Below are positions 37,752-50,077 of a DNA stretch of 64,000 bases, one piece after another (within the stretch, counting starts at the first letter, position 1; each line of letters starts with the position of its first letter). The notes beneath the pieces were generated by a model. That model was not told the DNA's origin and ran no database searches. It saw only the letters and a list, made by a program, of their open reading frames with translations. Made by a program: the position numbers and the translations under genes. The stretch is from Nemertoderma westbladi (Eukaryota > Animalia > Xenacoelomorpha), in NCBI GenBank assembly GCA_032718475.1, contig JAUCBJ010006829.1:1-64000 (forward strand), read 5' to 3'.

Positions 37752-38588
37752 TGTGATGGAATCCTGGTTGGCAAGGGATCCCGACCGGGTTTACTTATGA
37801 CGTTTCCTATGCGTCGCAATTGCCGTGTTAGATAATACTGATGTACGAAGGCTCAGTAAATTAAGAGTTCTGATGTCTGATTATCGTTAAAGTATAATGG
37901 GTCAGAATATAGTTATAGGTAAAATGATCACAGCACCATCAGTATTAGTTACGGCTGATGGTGAAAACTGTTTATCGTCTAACATGAATAAATGACAACT
38001 AAATTATAACACACGTGACCATTAATATATATGTAAAGGGGGCAATACATTGCCTGTAGGCTGACATTTTTCTCTGGCCTCCAATCAATACACTCACAAA
38101 ACTGACATATGATGGCCTCCAATCGTGGGACTATCTTCTCTTGGACTAGTCTCCCAATCTGGCCCCATTGGGTTTGATCTCACTACCCAACCTTGGAAAA
38201 CCTTTGTTTCGGTATTCCAAGGTATGTGGCGTCTCTATTTAGATGATCGCTTCTTCATCACGCAATTTTAAATTGGGTACCATTATATCCGATCCGCCAG
38301 GCCCAATTTCTTCACTTCTCACACATCTCATTAGTCCCATAGGACTCATCCCTTATCCGACTTGCTCCCTTACATTTTCTGGATATCACACCCTTCACCA
38401 CTCAACCTCACCCTGTTCTCTCATCCTCACTCTCGTTGGGTTCCTACAGTCTCACATGCGTCATCACACATGACGCGATGACTGCGGTTATTATGGTCTC
38501 GTCCAGTGGTGTTTGTCTGTCATATTGTCACTAAGACCCCCCTCCCACTAGCTCGTTGAGATGGGGTATATCTGACTTTATTCGAACC
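37752..38588 (-). mobile_element. Probable LTR/3' region of an older BEL element that was split by the 38589-51261 insertion
   Basis: Begins TGTGATGGAATCC, like the terminus at 52448 (TGTGATGGGATCC), and continues across the GAACC TSD into a related pol fragment. Confidence 0.5.
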
Positions 38589-39773
38589 TGTAAAAGCTTT
38601 TGCGGAATTAGCCGGTTATTTTCCCCGCAAAGTACTCTGTAGTTGGTTTAACAGGCATAAAAGGCCGTATCCTTACTGTACTGGTGTTTTAGTGGACATA
38701 CAAAGCCATTTCTTCTGTATGTCTACTTTAGCGGACATAATTAGCAATTCTATGACGCAATGCGCTAGATCCTCTTGAAACAGTGTAGTTACTATGACGA
38801 CAGCTAACAGCTGAGCTGTACACGTGTAGCTTTTTCCTTGTTCTCTGATGTTTCTTTGTTCGGTCAACCAATCAGAGCGATTCTCCTGCTTTTTGTACAG
38901 AAACCTCCGGGAAATCGCGCAATGCATTATGGGTCAATGTTTACATTTTGTCCTGAGCCCAGAAGACCGGCTTTTGGAATCTCTGTGTTTTCAGTCTTTA
39001 GCCCAACATTAGTAGGCTTAATTATAGAACGTATATCTGTTATCGAATCATAACAAACCATATCATAACTCACTAAACATATCAATCAAACTTAACTTAA
39101 CATTTTACTGCTATTTACTGTCGGTTATTCATTATATCTGTTGATGGAATATTATTATATTTGGAATACCGATAAATAATTACAAACCCTCAATCTTCTT
39201 GATATACTGAAGGTAAGAGAGACCGGTTACATATAACGATTGCGATTTACATTAAAGTGGTTTTGAAGTGAATCTAATGCTATTTCAAGGCACTACATGT
39301 ATTGGCTGTTGTTCTCTTTATATGTGACTAAAATTAGTGAAGGTCGGCAGATCAGTGTGCAGCATTGTGCAGTATTGTGTATGATTGTGACTGATAACAA
39401 AGCATCTCCTAAAGAATGCGCCATATACGTGAATCTATAGCCATCCCGTTGTGTCTAGTTTAAGTCATAACTCTGTTTACATATTTAGAGCGCCACGTCC
39501 TAAAGGAACTGTTAATATTTCCCGAAAGTGAATAATATTTGTCAGAGATTATATATTAACGATCAGTCGAATAATACAGTAGGCCTACACCGCAATACAA
39601 TTAGGCTTCCGAATCCAGTCTCCCAGGTATATCCAACGGGTGAATGATCGCGCATAGACTGGCTTCGGCTAATGTAGTGTATCAAATACTCGTCATAGGC
39701 TAAAGTCGATTTATTATCTAGAAGACATCCAAATTTGGCAGGTTAAACTGCTAAAGGTCTGAAAGCGCGAACA
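38589..39773 (+). repeat. 5' LTR (1185 bp)
   Basis: TGTAAAAG...GCGCGAACA, nearly identical to 50078-51261. Confidence 0.97.
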
Positions 39774-40054
39774 ATAACAGATATAGCTTCTGTATTGCAG
39801 TAGGCAATAAAGCTGAAGTACTGGCCAACCGGTACCTAGTAGGCCTGACTACCTAACCACCCGGACCGGTACCTACAGCAGTACAGGTACAGCAGCAGTA
39901 TTATTCGATTTTAATAATTATATACCAGTAGGCCCTAATATTTAATCAGGGACTGCAGCCCTGGTTTTTTATTGGGATTTTACTTATTTCTGTCAGTTTT
40001 ATTTACTTGTAGGTTAATATTGAGCAGAAGACGTGTAAGCCTGCCCAGATTGTA

Positions 40055-40632
40055 TAGATAATTTGTAGGCTGGACTGTTGTCTGACTGTTGTTAAGTCTG
40101 AAGGGACTGTAGTGTGTGTAGAGCGTATGTCCGAAAAAGTACTAGTTAGGAAAGTAGGGGCTTCCAGAGCTGTGAGGTAAACCCCCTCGAAAGAATAAGT
40201 CGTACTACTCGGTTAGAACGCATACTAACTAACCATTTCGGAGTCTGCATATACTGTAGTGTATTTAGGCTTGATAGTAGTCTGCCAGCGTTTGGTCTGT
40301 ATTTTGTTTGTGTAGTTTGTACGTAGCGTAATATTTCTTATTTAGATAATTTGTAGGCTGGATTTTGCCTGGCTGTTGTTAGGTCTAAAGAGATTTCGGT
40401 GTGTGTAGAGTGTATGTCCGATAAAGTGCCAGTTGGGAACGTAGGGGCTTCCAGAGCTGTGAGGTAAACCCCCTCGAAAGAATAAGTCGTACTACTCGGT
40501 TAGAACGCATACTAACTAACCATTTCGGAGTCTGTATATACCGTAGTTTGTTTAGGCTTGATAGTAGTCTGTCAGCATTTGGTCTGCATTTTGTTTGAGT
40601 AGTCTGTACGCGTAGCGTAATATTTATTATTC
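40055..40632. repeat. 288-bp tandem duplication in the BEL leader
   Basis: tagataatttgtaggctgga at 40055 and 40343, with collinear similarity downstream. Confidence 0.9.
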
Positions 40633-41869
40633 AGAGTTTATGCGATTATTCGCAACATTCATATCCCCAAGTTAATTCCTACAGTAATTGTGCTTGTTAT
40701 ATATACCGTTATAGTTAAACTAACCCCGGTACTACATCAGGGCTGCTTGGCGTAGGTAAAGACTGGTGATTTTGTGCCCCGGTCACTCCAGCAGATACCA
40801 TGGTTCTTTTAGCTGTTCAAGTATTTTAACTACTGATTATTTGTTGTATAAGTACTTGTACCTAATTTAGGGTTTAGTGTACAGTGCTTTCCGAAGGTAA
40901 TTAGTGTGTAGGCAGTATATTTGTGTTGTAAAGTGGTTAATAGGCACGTTGGTTCTGGTAGACCGCGGTAATTAACTTCTAGGTAAGAACACTCCGTGAT
41001 ACATAACGTAGTACTTATAGCGATACGGCTATAAGTCGTCAGACGGTGGTATTTTCCTATCTGGACAACGCAGTATATTTACTACTACTTATTATTTTCA
41101 AATACCGTAGTACCCTGTCCGTTTGTAATAACCAGATATTCTAACCCTTTGTTAGGCTGGTTTGTAGACTTCTTGTAAAATTACCCTAAAAATTCGTACG
41201 TGTAAATTTTGTGTTTATTTAGAGATTGTAATCTCACCCCGAATTGTACGTAATTTGTAGTATTAAGTAACTTAGGTAAATTAGAATTATTTGTTTTTAG
41301 TGTCCAACAAGTAGCACTTCACTGAGAGCGCACAGCTTCTGTGTAGTGACTCCTTCCCAGAAATAATAACATTTATTTCAAACATTGACAAACCCATTAA
41401 ACGGGTATATATATATTATAAATCAACTCAAACGATTTATAAATAGTAGGCCTGTCTTACAACAATTAGGTCTTAATGTCAGTTGGACTACTGCTTAAAT
41501 AACGGTAATCAAGTAAAGTAAAGTAACCAAGTAACCCCTAAAATTCAGAAATTCAATTATTCTAAAATAATTGACATGCCGGTATTTACAATAGGCTTAT
41601 TATATTTATTTCCATAAATTTAGGCTGAAATTATACTGGTATTCTGTAATTAATTCTAGTTCATAATTATACTTATCTATACTATAAGTATCCAACAGTA
41701 CTATAAGGTCCAATACCGTAGGTCTATCATAGGCACTCGAGCTCAGGTCAAGCGGGACCAAGAAGCAGCGGAACAGCAACAACCCGCGAGCCGAGAACTT
41801 ATTTCTCAGCGGCCCGACAGCTCCGGTAGTGCGGATACTGTAGAGCTGACACCCGAGCACGGAGCAAAG

Positions 41870-44800
41870 ATGACAGATGCGGTTTATTCGGATCCCCTTC
41901 TCATCCTTCCTGCAGCCGTACTCACTAGGTTATTGATTGCGGTGGAGGAACACCAGATCGATTGGGGGAGAAATAAGCGATCGACTAAGGATAGTTATGC
42001 GGGATACACAAGGGAAGAACTGAAGTCTATTGTCGAGTCGCAATGGAACTTCCCCGGACCCGGACTCCCGTTTGACTTATCAGAAGCTGCCTGGGAAGAC
42101 ATACACAGGATGGGAGTAACCAAGGAAACCATCGATCCAGCTGTGTGGAAGAGGTCCGCAGCCGGATACGTACAGGGATTCTTCAGCTCCATGGAGCGAT
42201 TAGAAGAACAATTGTTTAGACAACCACAAGGACCTCAAGAGCAGGGAGAGCTGCTTTATCAAGTTCGAGAAAGAATTCTAAGAATGAGACTAATCCTATC
42301 GGCCTTTGAGGAGGCTTCGAAAAGGAAACAAGACACGTCGTTGCAAGTTGCCGTAAAGACTTGGTTACAGCGGGTGAGTCTCCAAGTTCAAAGAACTGCC
42401 CCATGGAAATCTCAGTTAGCTGAGCGCTCAACCCATGGAGAATCCACAGACGCTACATTTTCCCAAGTGGAAAGTGAAGCTACGGTGGAGAAACCGCATA
42501 AGAGGGATGCTATTGACATCTATCTGTCGGACTATCAACGTTTTGTAGGAGATGAAGAGTTGAGGAGAAGGCTAGATGGACTTAGCCCTAATAGTGAAGG
42601 AGCCAAGCTTGTGTTGGACGCAATCGATGTGGATAGGTTAGCTGCGAACCAAGCTAAATTCAATGAAAGCATCCGCATCACTAAGGTTCAAGAGGAACAA
42701 GTAAGGAAAAAACGTATAGAAGACAGAAAGACAGCAGCAGCGGCAGCGGCAGAAGTAGAAGCGGAAAGAAAGGCAGCAGAAGTGGAAAGAAAAGCGGCCG
42801 AAGCGGAAAGAAAGGCGGCAATGGCATCGGCCGAAGCAGAAAGAAAAGCGGCAGTGGCAGAGGCAGAACGGAGGGCATCTGAAGAGACAACCCAACTAGA
42901 GTTGGAAAATCTTCAAGAGAGGCAGGACAACTTCAATAAACAGTTAACAGCTAGTCAAATGCAGATGATGAGTCGATCTACTCCCAAACGACAGGGATAT
43001 ACATCATCTGAGGAAGGCGATACCACCGATACTGAAGGTGGAGGAAATAGATCTCGTCTCAGCAGATGTAGAAGGATGTCCCAACGTCAGAAATTGCCTG
43101 ATTTGCCCCCAACTGTTCGAAAACAACTAGCTAGCACAGACTTAGGTAGTACAGAACCCCTAGACCAAATTATTAAAATAGACAGACTCCCTACTATAGT
43201 AGATGAGCCTGAAATAATTAGGCCTGTTCTCGAAGCCACCACTTTGGTGATAGAGACACCTGTACTCCCAGAACCTACCTCTAGATTCCCTTTGCATAGC
43301 ACTAAGCTACCTGTGCCCAGCAGAACAGCCCAGGAGACAGTTCATGTCCTGGACTCCGAGCGAAATATTAATGATTTGCCGCCCGTTGTCCCTCGTCCGC
43401 CCGCTACAACGTTGGCGACTCCCGCTTCGGCGGTCAAGTGGGTGGATGAGAGACAGCGGGGGATGGATCTCCTGCTCGGGCAGATGCAGGAGACTGTTAA
43501 GCAGTTCAAGGGCACAGTAAGGGAAAGTAGGTTAGAGTTGCAAGAAGTGCAGCAAAGTATCGCGTTAGAACGCGATAAATTAGTAAATACACAAAAGGGT
43601 ATACCACCACCCCCGGTAACAATGTGTCAACCTGTTAGGTCTGAAGTATCTCATGCGCAAGGTGTGGAGCCTACACGCATCTATACTGCTAGCGAAGTAG
43701 AAACTCCTATAGTGAACCCTATTAAGGGTAATTATAAACCTGTTGACAATGATATTCCCTATAGACCTGATCATAATCCGAGAAATTTATATACCGATAA
43801 CTCGATATTAAATAACACGATGGCCCAAGAAAATTTTACGCGTCAAATGGCTAGAACCGAAGCCCGTCAAGCGGTAAAGGTGGGAGAGATAGTCAAGTTC
43901 AATGGAGATGAGATGAAATGGTTACCTTTTAATGAATATTACAAAGATAACATACAGAACTCTGTGCTATCTAATGGAGAGAAACTTAGATTCCTCATCG
44001 AGTGCTTGGAAGGATCTCCCAAGTTAATGGCGTTAAAGTTTATTGGACATCCAGATGGATTAAGACAAGTTTGGGATACACTAAACATCAGGTATGGTAA
44101 TAGGAATAACATAGCTAAATATTTGTATGCAAAATTAGTAGCGCCCCGAAAGTTCATTAGTAGCGGGATAATAGAGTTTTCCGATGAGATTCAAGAGATC
44201 TGTAGACAATTAGATTGGTTAGGTAAGTCTCATGAATATCAGAGTTCTATGGTTATTGGAGCCGTGGCTTCTACTTTACCGAAGGGTGGAGTAGGTACAC
44301 GCTGGGATAAGAAAGTGTTATATATGATGGAACAACAACGACGAGACCCTACCATGTCTGATCTCATGTCATTCTTAGATGGAGAAGTGAAATTACAGCT
44401 CCTAAAGCAGTCCAGAGAGAAGACACCGGAAAACAAGGTAAGTGAGAAACCCGTTTCTAGGAGAAAGGTAACACCAGTGTGTTATACCGACGACGGCGAA
44501 AGCCAGACTTCTCAAGGGGAGGATAGCGGGAAAGACACTGAAAGATCTTATTATGTCAATAAAACGCCTAAAGAACAGGTAAGTAAATTCAAGTCTCGAA
44601 CCAATGACAGGAGAGAACAGGTAAGAAAAACTCCTCCTACGTCTCCTAAGAGAATTCAGGTGAGAAAGCCCGAAGAAAGAACGAGTGTACACCATGTTAT
44701 TCAAAATAAGGTAAGTAACATAAAACCGAAATGTGTGCTATGTGACGGGACCCACCGTTTGAATATGTATGATGAATTCCTGAAGCAATCATTAACGGAG

Positions 44801-45043
44801 AGACGGGAAGTCATGTGGGATAAGCGGTTGTGTTATAATTGCCTCAGACAAGGACACCAACGGCGAACCTGTTACTCCGACACAAGGTGTGCAAAGTGCG
44901 GTGCGAAACATCATATCTTGTTGCACACTGAATTTGAGCGAAACAGCCAGAGTCAGGTAAGTGATTCCGAACTACATGTCCAATTCAGTGATGTGAACGA
45001 CACTGACCAAAGTTCTGAGATGGAAGGATTCTATACGGATTAA
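41870..45043 (+). CDS. gag: BEL/Pao Gag (long N-terminal extension, AEAERKAA coiled coil, DUF1759-like core, zinc knuckles)
   Basis: KFNGDEMKWLPF..YKDNI..LSNGEKLRFL..CLEG; CVLCDGTH, CYNCLRQGHQRRTC, CAKCGAKHHILLH; ends at an in-frame TAA followed by same-frame protease. Confidence 0.9.
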   Translation: MTDAVYSDPLLILPAAVLTRLLIAVEEHQIDWGRNKRSTKDSYAGYTREELKSIVESQWNFPGPGLPFDLSEAAWEDIHRMGVTKETIDPAVWKRSAAGYVQGFFSSMERLEEQLFRQPQGPQEQGELLYQVRERILRMRLILSAFEEASKRKQDTSLQVAVKTWLQRVSLQVQRTAPWKSQLAERSTHGESTDATFSQVESEATVEKPHKRDAIDIYLSDYQRFVGDEELRRRLDGLSPNSEGAKLVLDAIDVDRLAANQAKFNESIRITKVQEEQVRKKRIEDRKTAAAAAAEVEAERKAAEVERKAAEAERKAAMASAEAERKAAVAEAERRASEETTQLELENLQERQDNFNKQLTASQMQMMSRSTPKRQGYTSSEEGDTTDTEGGGNRSRLSRCRRMSQRQKLPDLPPTVRKQLASTDLGSTEPLDQIIKIDRLPTIVDEPEIIRPVLEATTLVIETPVLPEPTSRFPLHSTKLPVPSRTAQETVHVLDSERNINDLPPVVPRPPATTLATPASAVKWVDERQRGMDLLLGQMQETVKQFKGTVRESRLELQEVQQSIALERDKLVNTQKGIPPPPVTMCQPVRSEVSHAQGVEPTRIYTASEVETPIVNPIKGNYKPVDNDIPYRPDHNPRNLYTDNSILNNTMAQENFTRQMARTEARQAVKVGEIVKFNGDEMKWLPFNEYYKDNIQNSVLSNGEKLRFLIECLEGSPKLMALKFIGHPDGLRQVWDTLNIRYGNRNNIAKYLYAKLVAPRKFISSGIIEFSDEIQEICRQLDWLGKSHEYQSSMVIGAVASTLPKGGVGTRWDKKVLYMMEQQRRDPTMSDLMSFLDGEVKLQLLKQSREKTPENKVSEKPVSRRKVTPVCYTDDGESQTSQGEDSGKDTERSYYVNKTPKEQVSKFKSRTNDRREQVRKTPPTSPKRIQVRKPEERTSVHHVIQNKVSNIKPKCVLCDGTHRLNMYDEFLKQSLTERREVMWDKRLCYNCLRQGHQRRTCYSDTRCAKCGAKHHILLHTEFERNSQSQVSDSELHVQFSDVNDTDQSSEMEGFYTD

Positions 45044-48000
45044 TTCTCCGACGAAGATGAATCCTGTTACATGATAAATACCGCAGTGTATCGAGCACTT
45101 ACGTATGAAAAAGACACAGACAGCGACCTCATCCTAACTACTTCTGATCAACAACCATCTTGGAAAGCGCCAACTTCCAATGTAGGAATCCGAGAATTTC
45201 CTGTAGTACAGTTAAGGGTCCACGGACCTAAAAGGAGTTATATAGTGAACGCCCTTCTTGACTCCGGTAGTACAGGAACATTCATTGACAAAGAACTAGC
45301 CGAAGACATCTTTGCTGGACAACCCAAGTTCCGAACTAAGCTAAACATGTCAGGAATTATGCAGGTTTGGAAATCTACAGTAATAGCGGATTATTATGTA
45401 GGTGCGTTGTCCACACCCCAGGATGAACTAGGAGAACATAGTATAAGGTCAGTAAAGATGGTGGCGATAAAGAACTTCGCTACCAGCCAAGTGGAACCTT
45501 ATAACTGGGATGAGGACGATTTCACCCAGCAGCTTGAAATACCTAGATTCAACACCGATTACCCTGGAGTGCAAATACTCATCGGTCAAAACGCGCATGA
45601 AGCGCTCGAGACATTGGAGAAACGGCCTGCTCAACCGCAACCACTACAAGCTTATGCGGGAAGAACTAGAGTGGGTTGGTACTTTACTGGCCCTTCCCGT
45701 AGAACTCTCATGGAAAGATTACCGAAAGATCAGGTATATCAAGTAAGAGAATGGGAAGTTGAGAGCAGTGAGTTAGACGATCCAACTGAGGGAACACCAT
45801 ACTCCTCAGATAATGACGATGTCCACCAACTCTTCGACGAGGAGAATACCATTGATCTCCTTAAGGAAAACGAGACTTGGCAAAACCAAGTGAACTTATG
45901 TCAGCTCCTCCGTCCATCAGAACGAGACGTCTATAACGACGAACTGAATGACTTCATTGAACGTTGTAATGCCAAGACTCGGGATGAACACGCCGTACGA
46001 TTCTTTACTCAAGAGGCTGTAGAGCCCAATTCCTACGATAAGGCCCTATCGGTAGAAGAAGAAAGAGCCAAGCAGATCCAAGAGACAACTACACGTTTTC
46101 TTAAAGATCAAGGTAGATATGAAATCGGTCTACCTTTCCAAAAGCGAGAACCAAAGTTCATAAACAACAGACCCTTGGCGGAGAAAAGAATTGCTCAACT
46201 ACATCAACGCCTTACGGCAAATTCTTCAGCTAAAGAAATGTATCAAACGCAGTTGAAGAAATTTATTAGCAAGGGATATGCGGAGTGAGTACCGGAAGAA
46301 ACACCTATAACTGAGAGAACGTATTATTTAACTCACCATTACGTTCCCAAACCCGGTAAACCCCATGAGGTACGAGTGGTGTTTGACGGCTCCGCCCTCT
46401 ATATGGGCCAATCCCTTAATTCCGAATTGTTACCCGGACCCAACTTACTCCAATCCTTGTTGGGAATACTCTTAAGATTAAGACAATATTCAATCGCTTT
46501 CGCTTCAGATATAGAAGGCATGTTCTTACAAGTCAAGGCGCTGGATATGGATCGAGATAGCCTACGATTTCTGTGGTGGCCTGAAGGAGACCTCAACCAG
46601 AAACCGGTGGAGTACTGGATGACCATCCAGGCTTTTGGGATAATCTCAAGCCCTTCAAACGCCTGTTCAGTGGTGCGCACCACTGCGGATGACAACCGAG
46701 AAGCCTTCTCTAAAGAGGTGATTGACAACATCAAACGGGATATATACATGGACGACAATCTAAAGTCCCTTCCATCAGTCAAAGAAGCCATTGATGTCGC
46801 TAAAGGAACGGTAGAGTGCTTAAAAAGAGGTGGATTTCGATTAACTAAATTCACCAGCAACTCCCGTGAGTTTCTGGAATCGATCCCGGTAGAAGATCGA
46901 GGAGCGAAAGACCTAGATCTAATCAAAGATGATCTTCCAGAAACCAAGACACTTGGTTTGAAATAGGACACAGAGAGAGATATCCTGTTTTTCCAGCTAA
47001 AACAGCGAGATAATCCAGTTCGGACTAAACGGATTTGTTTAAGTATCCTGAGCACTTATTTCGGATTGGGATTTATTAGCCCAGTTATATTGATTGCTCG
47101 GAGTTTAGTACAACAAATGTGGCTTGAAAACCACTCATGGGACGATCCACTTAAGGGAGAATTATTAAAGAAGTGGATGAAATGGGAAGATTCTCTACCA
47201 GCCATCGAGAACTTTATAATTTCCCGTTCATATTTTGGTCATGTTCTCCCTACGTATTCCTATCAACTCCATGTGTTTGGAGACGCCAGCGATATGGGAA
47301 TAGGTATAGTAGCCTACCTAAGAGTGGAAACTCCAGATGAAATCAAAGTCGCCTTGGTTACCTCTAAGGCATTGATAAACAACAAGTTGAAAGTTCCTCG
47401 AGCGGAGTTAAAAGCGGCTCTATACGCTACAGCCATCGGCCGGAATGTAACAGAACAGATCGACTATCCACTGGAGAAAACTGTCTATTGGACCGATGCT
47501 TTACTCGTGTTGGAGTATATAACCAATGAAGTCTGTCAGTTCAGCGTCTTCGTTACCAACAGAGTAGCTATTATACTCAGTCGCACGACGATGGATCAAT
47601 GGAGACATTGCCCCGGAACGCTCAATCCAGCAGACATCGCCTCCAGGGGAGCTACTCCACAAGAACTGGTAGATACTCCAGACTGGTTAGGTGGACCCGA
47701 CTTCCTCTACAAAGAAGAAGAAGAATGGCCTCCTCATCTTACTACGGCAGAGATCAGACAGGCCAAGGGAGCGGAGAAAGTCAAACCTAAAACTCGGGCG
47801 AGTAAATCGAAGTTATTCAAACCTATGGTAGATCTGTCTGTACTACATACTTCCGGAGACGACGCTTTGGATCAGAAACCCACAGCCATAAATAAGATTG
47901 GAAATCTGGAATACCAGACGTCTCGCAAGGACTCTCACCTCTCCTGCAGGGAGCGATACATCACTACAGTTCCTGGAATCGGCTCTGTAAAGCCGTTACA

Positions 48001-49348
48001 TATTTAAAAAGATGTTTTCATCATCACTACTCCGGGACGAAGACCAAAAGTGATACCGCTCCGCTGACATTGGTGCAGGTCCATGTTGTTAAAGATCTTC
48101 CCAAATATAAGATATCCGACAGGTTTCTGAAGGAGAAGATCAGTTATCAGGAGCATGAAGAAACCAACAAGCAGATGCTGAGACTCCTACAATGCTATGA
48201 GGATTCCGATAAGTATTTCCTGTTGTTGAGAAATCCACAGATGCGCTTACGGGATCGTTTCTCTAGCACAATGATAGATGGGTTGATACGTGTTGGAGGA
48301 AGATTAACGAATGCTCCATTATCCTTTGACACTAAGTTTCCCATACTCATTAGAAATCTTGAAATACAAGTCAAGATGATTGTAGATGTTCACAGCAAAC
48401 TTTATCATGCTTGTAGAGAACGAGTTCTTAGCGAAATTCGAACTCGCTATTATTTTTATAAACCCCGTAGAGCTCTGAACCAAGTTCTTAGGAACTGCAT
48501 ACCCTGTAGGAAAGCATTCAGTAGGCCTTTAACACAGCGAGAGGCAGAATTACCTAGGGAAAGAGTAAGCTTCTATGAACCACCCTTTACTAATACCGGT
48601 GTAGATTTATTTGGCCCTATTGAAGTATATCGTGCTAGGACTATAGTCAAGAGATGGTGTGTCATCTTTGTTTGTATGACTTGTAGAGCTATCCATCTCG
48701 ATATGGTGAACGATTTATCTACCAACAGCTTCCTATTAAGCTTACGACGACAGATCGCTCGCTTTGGCACTAGTAACACGATGAGATCTGATAAGGGAAC
48801 AAACTTCATTGGTGCCAACAATGAAATCAAAGCTTACGTCAAAGATTGGAACCAAAGACAGGTGGACGATCAGCTAAGGGTAACAGCGTCTAGCTGGACC
48901 TTCAACGCCGCCGACGCCCCTTGGTGGGGAGGAAGTTGGGAGAGATTAATTAGAAGTGTGAAGACCGCATTTCACTTTATAGTGCCGTGCCGCGCGTATC
49001 TCACCGACGAACTTTTGCGGACGTTAATGGAGGAAATCGCCACCTATCTCAACGAGAGACCGCTTATGCCAGTCTCATCGAGTCCCGATTCCCTGGAAGC
49101 GCTAACACCCGCGCACTTCCTACTGAAGAAACCTGTAGCCATGCTCCCATGATTGGAAATCACAGACGGAGACGAATACTGCCGGCAAACTTGGCAACTC
49201 ATGCAGTTGTTATCCCGTCGTTTCGCTGACCATTTCGAAAAACATTATCTGCCCACGCTACAACTTGGTTTGTAGCGTGGTTTGCGCAGCAAGAAAACGT
49301 CAGCGCTGGAGACATGGTCCTTACTGTGGATGCAGATCTTCCACGTAA
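45044..49348 (+). pseudogene. pol: BEL/Pao pol (protease, RT, RNase H, integrase) with several stops and frameshifts
   Basis: ALLDSGS (PR); VFDGSA, SDIEGMFLQV, YMDD (RT); VFGDAS, PRAEL, WTD, NPADIASRG (RH); H..H..C..C, GVDLFGP, SDKGTNF, WERL (IN). Stops near 46286, 46964, 47048 and 49150; the C-terminal domain is cut off after VDADLPRK. Confidence 0.92.
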
Positions 49349-49999
49349 GTGAATGAGTCCCGCCATCGCTATTACCCTGGACGCTCTTACGAGGGAGTTT
49401 ACGCGTTCCATCCTTACTTATTCGCGTCTGTTGAACAAAAAACACGCACACCGAGTTACGAACTAATGAAGCGTGTTGGTGAGTGTATTTCCACCAAATT
49501 TGTTCGAAAATATCTCAGGAACGTCAATCCTAACAATATTACTTCATACCATTTGATCAATTTCATCCGTCAAGACGCTGAGTATGGCGATTTATTTATC
49601 AACTCGCACCCTGAGTTACAGGAAGTATCTCGACGGCCCTACGAATATCGAGCCCGAGAACGCGAGCTGGAAAGAACCATTAAACCGAGGAAGTTTCTCA
49701 CCACTCACGGTCCACCTACCGCCATTGTCCAGACGACCCGTCAAGGACCCGTAGGAGCTGCTGTCCTAAGACGCGCCCTAAAGGCCGTTAGACCTCGCTC
49801 CACTGAAGTTGATATCGATCAACCAGGTACCTCGACCGGCGGATACACCGATCGTAATCCTAAACCTTCTGATGCAATTGTATTACACCCTTCACCCAGG
49901 AGTTACAGCCCTCCTAGTAAAGTGGCTCGCCCCAAAGAGAAAAGGACTCTTGCTAGCCTCAAAAAACTGCGTAAACGCCGTCCGCGTAAGAAAGACTAA
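49349..49999 (+). CDS. Extra ORF of unknown function between integrase and the 3' LTR (216 aa, basic C-terminus)
   Basis: Uninterrupted 651-bp frame unlike any pol domain, ending KKLRKRRPRKKD about 80 bp before the LTR; probably 5'-truncated. Confidence 0.55.
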   Translation: MNESRHRYYPGRSYEGVYAFHPYLFASVEQKTRTPSYELMKRVGECISTKFVRKYLRNVNPNNITSYHLINFIRQDAEYGDLFINSHPELQEVSRRPYEYRARERELERTIKPRKFLTTHGPPTAIVQTTRQGPVGAAVLRRALKAVRPRSTEVDIDQPGTSTGGYTDRNPKPSDAIVLHPSPRSYSPPSKVARPKEKRTLASLKKLRKRRPRKKD

Positions 50000-50077
50000 C
50001 TGTTTAGAGTATTTTTATATTTTAGAAACTGTGATTTTTTATATTTTATAGACTTAAATCCCATTTTCTGGGAGCAG

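Noticed and set aside
38673-39053. Short ORFs repeated at 50162-50542
   Set aside because: They are duplicated only because they lie in the LTRs, and show no protein motifs.
46399-47055. 218-aa antisense ORF (and similar ones at 54904-55503, 57519-58004, 25840-26331)
   Set aside because: These are shadow frames opposite well-supported retroelement coding sequence.
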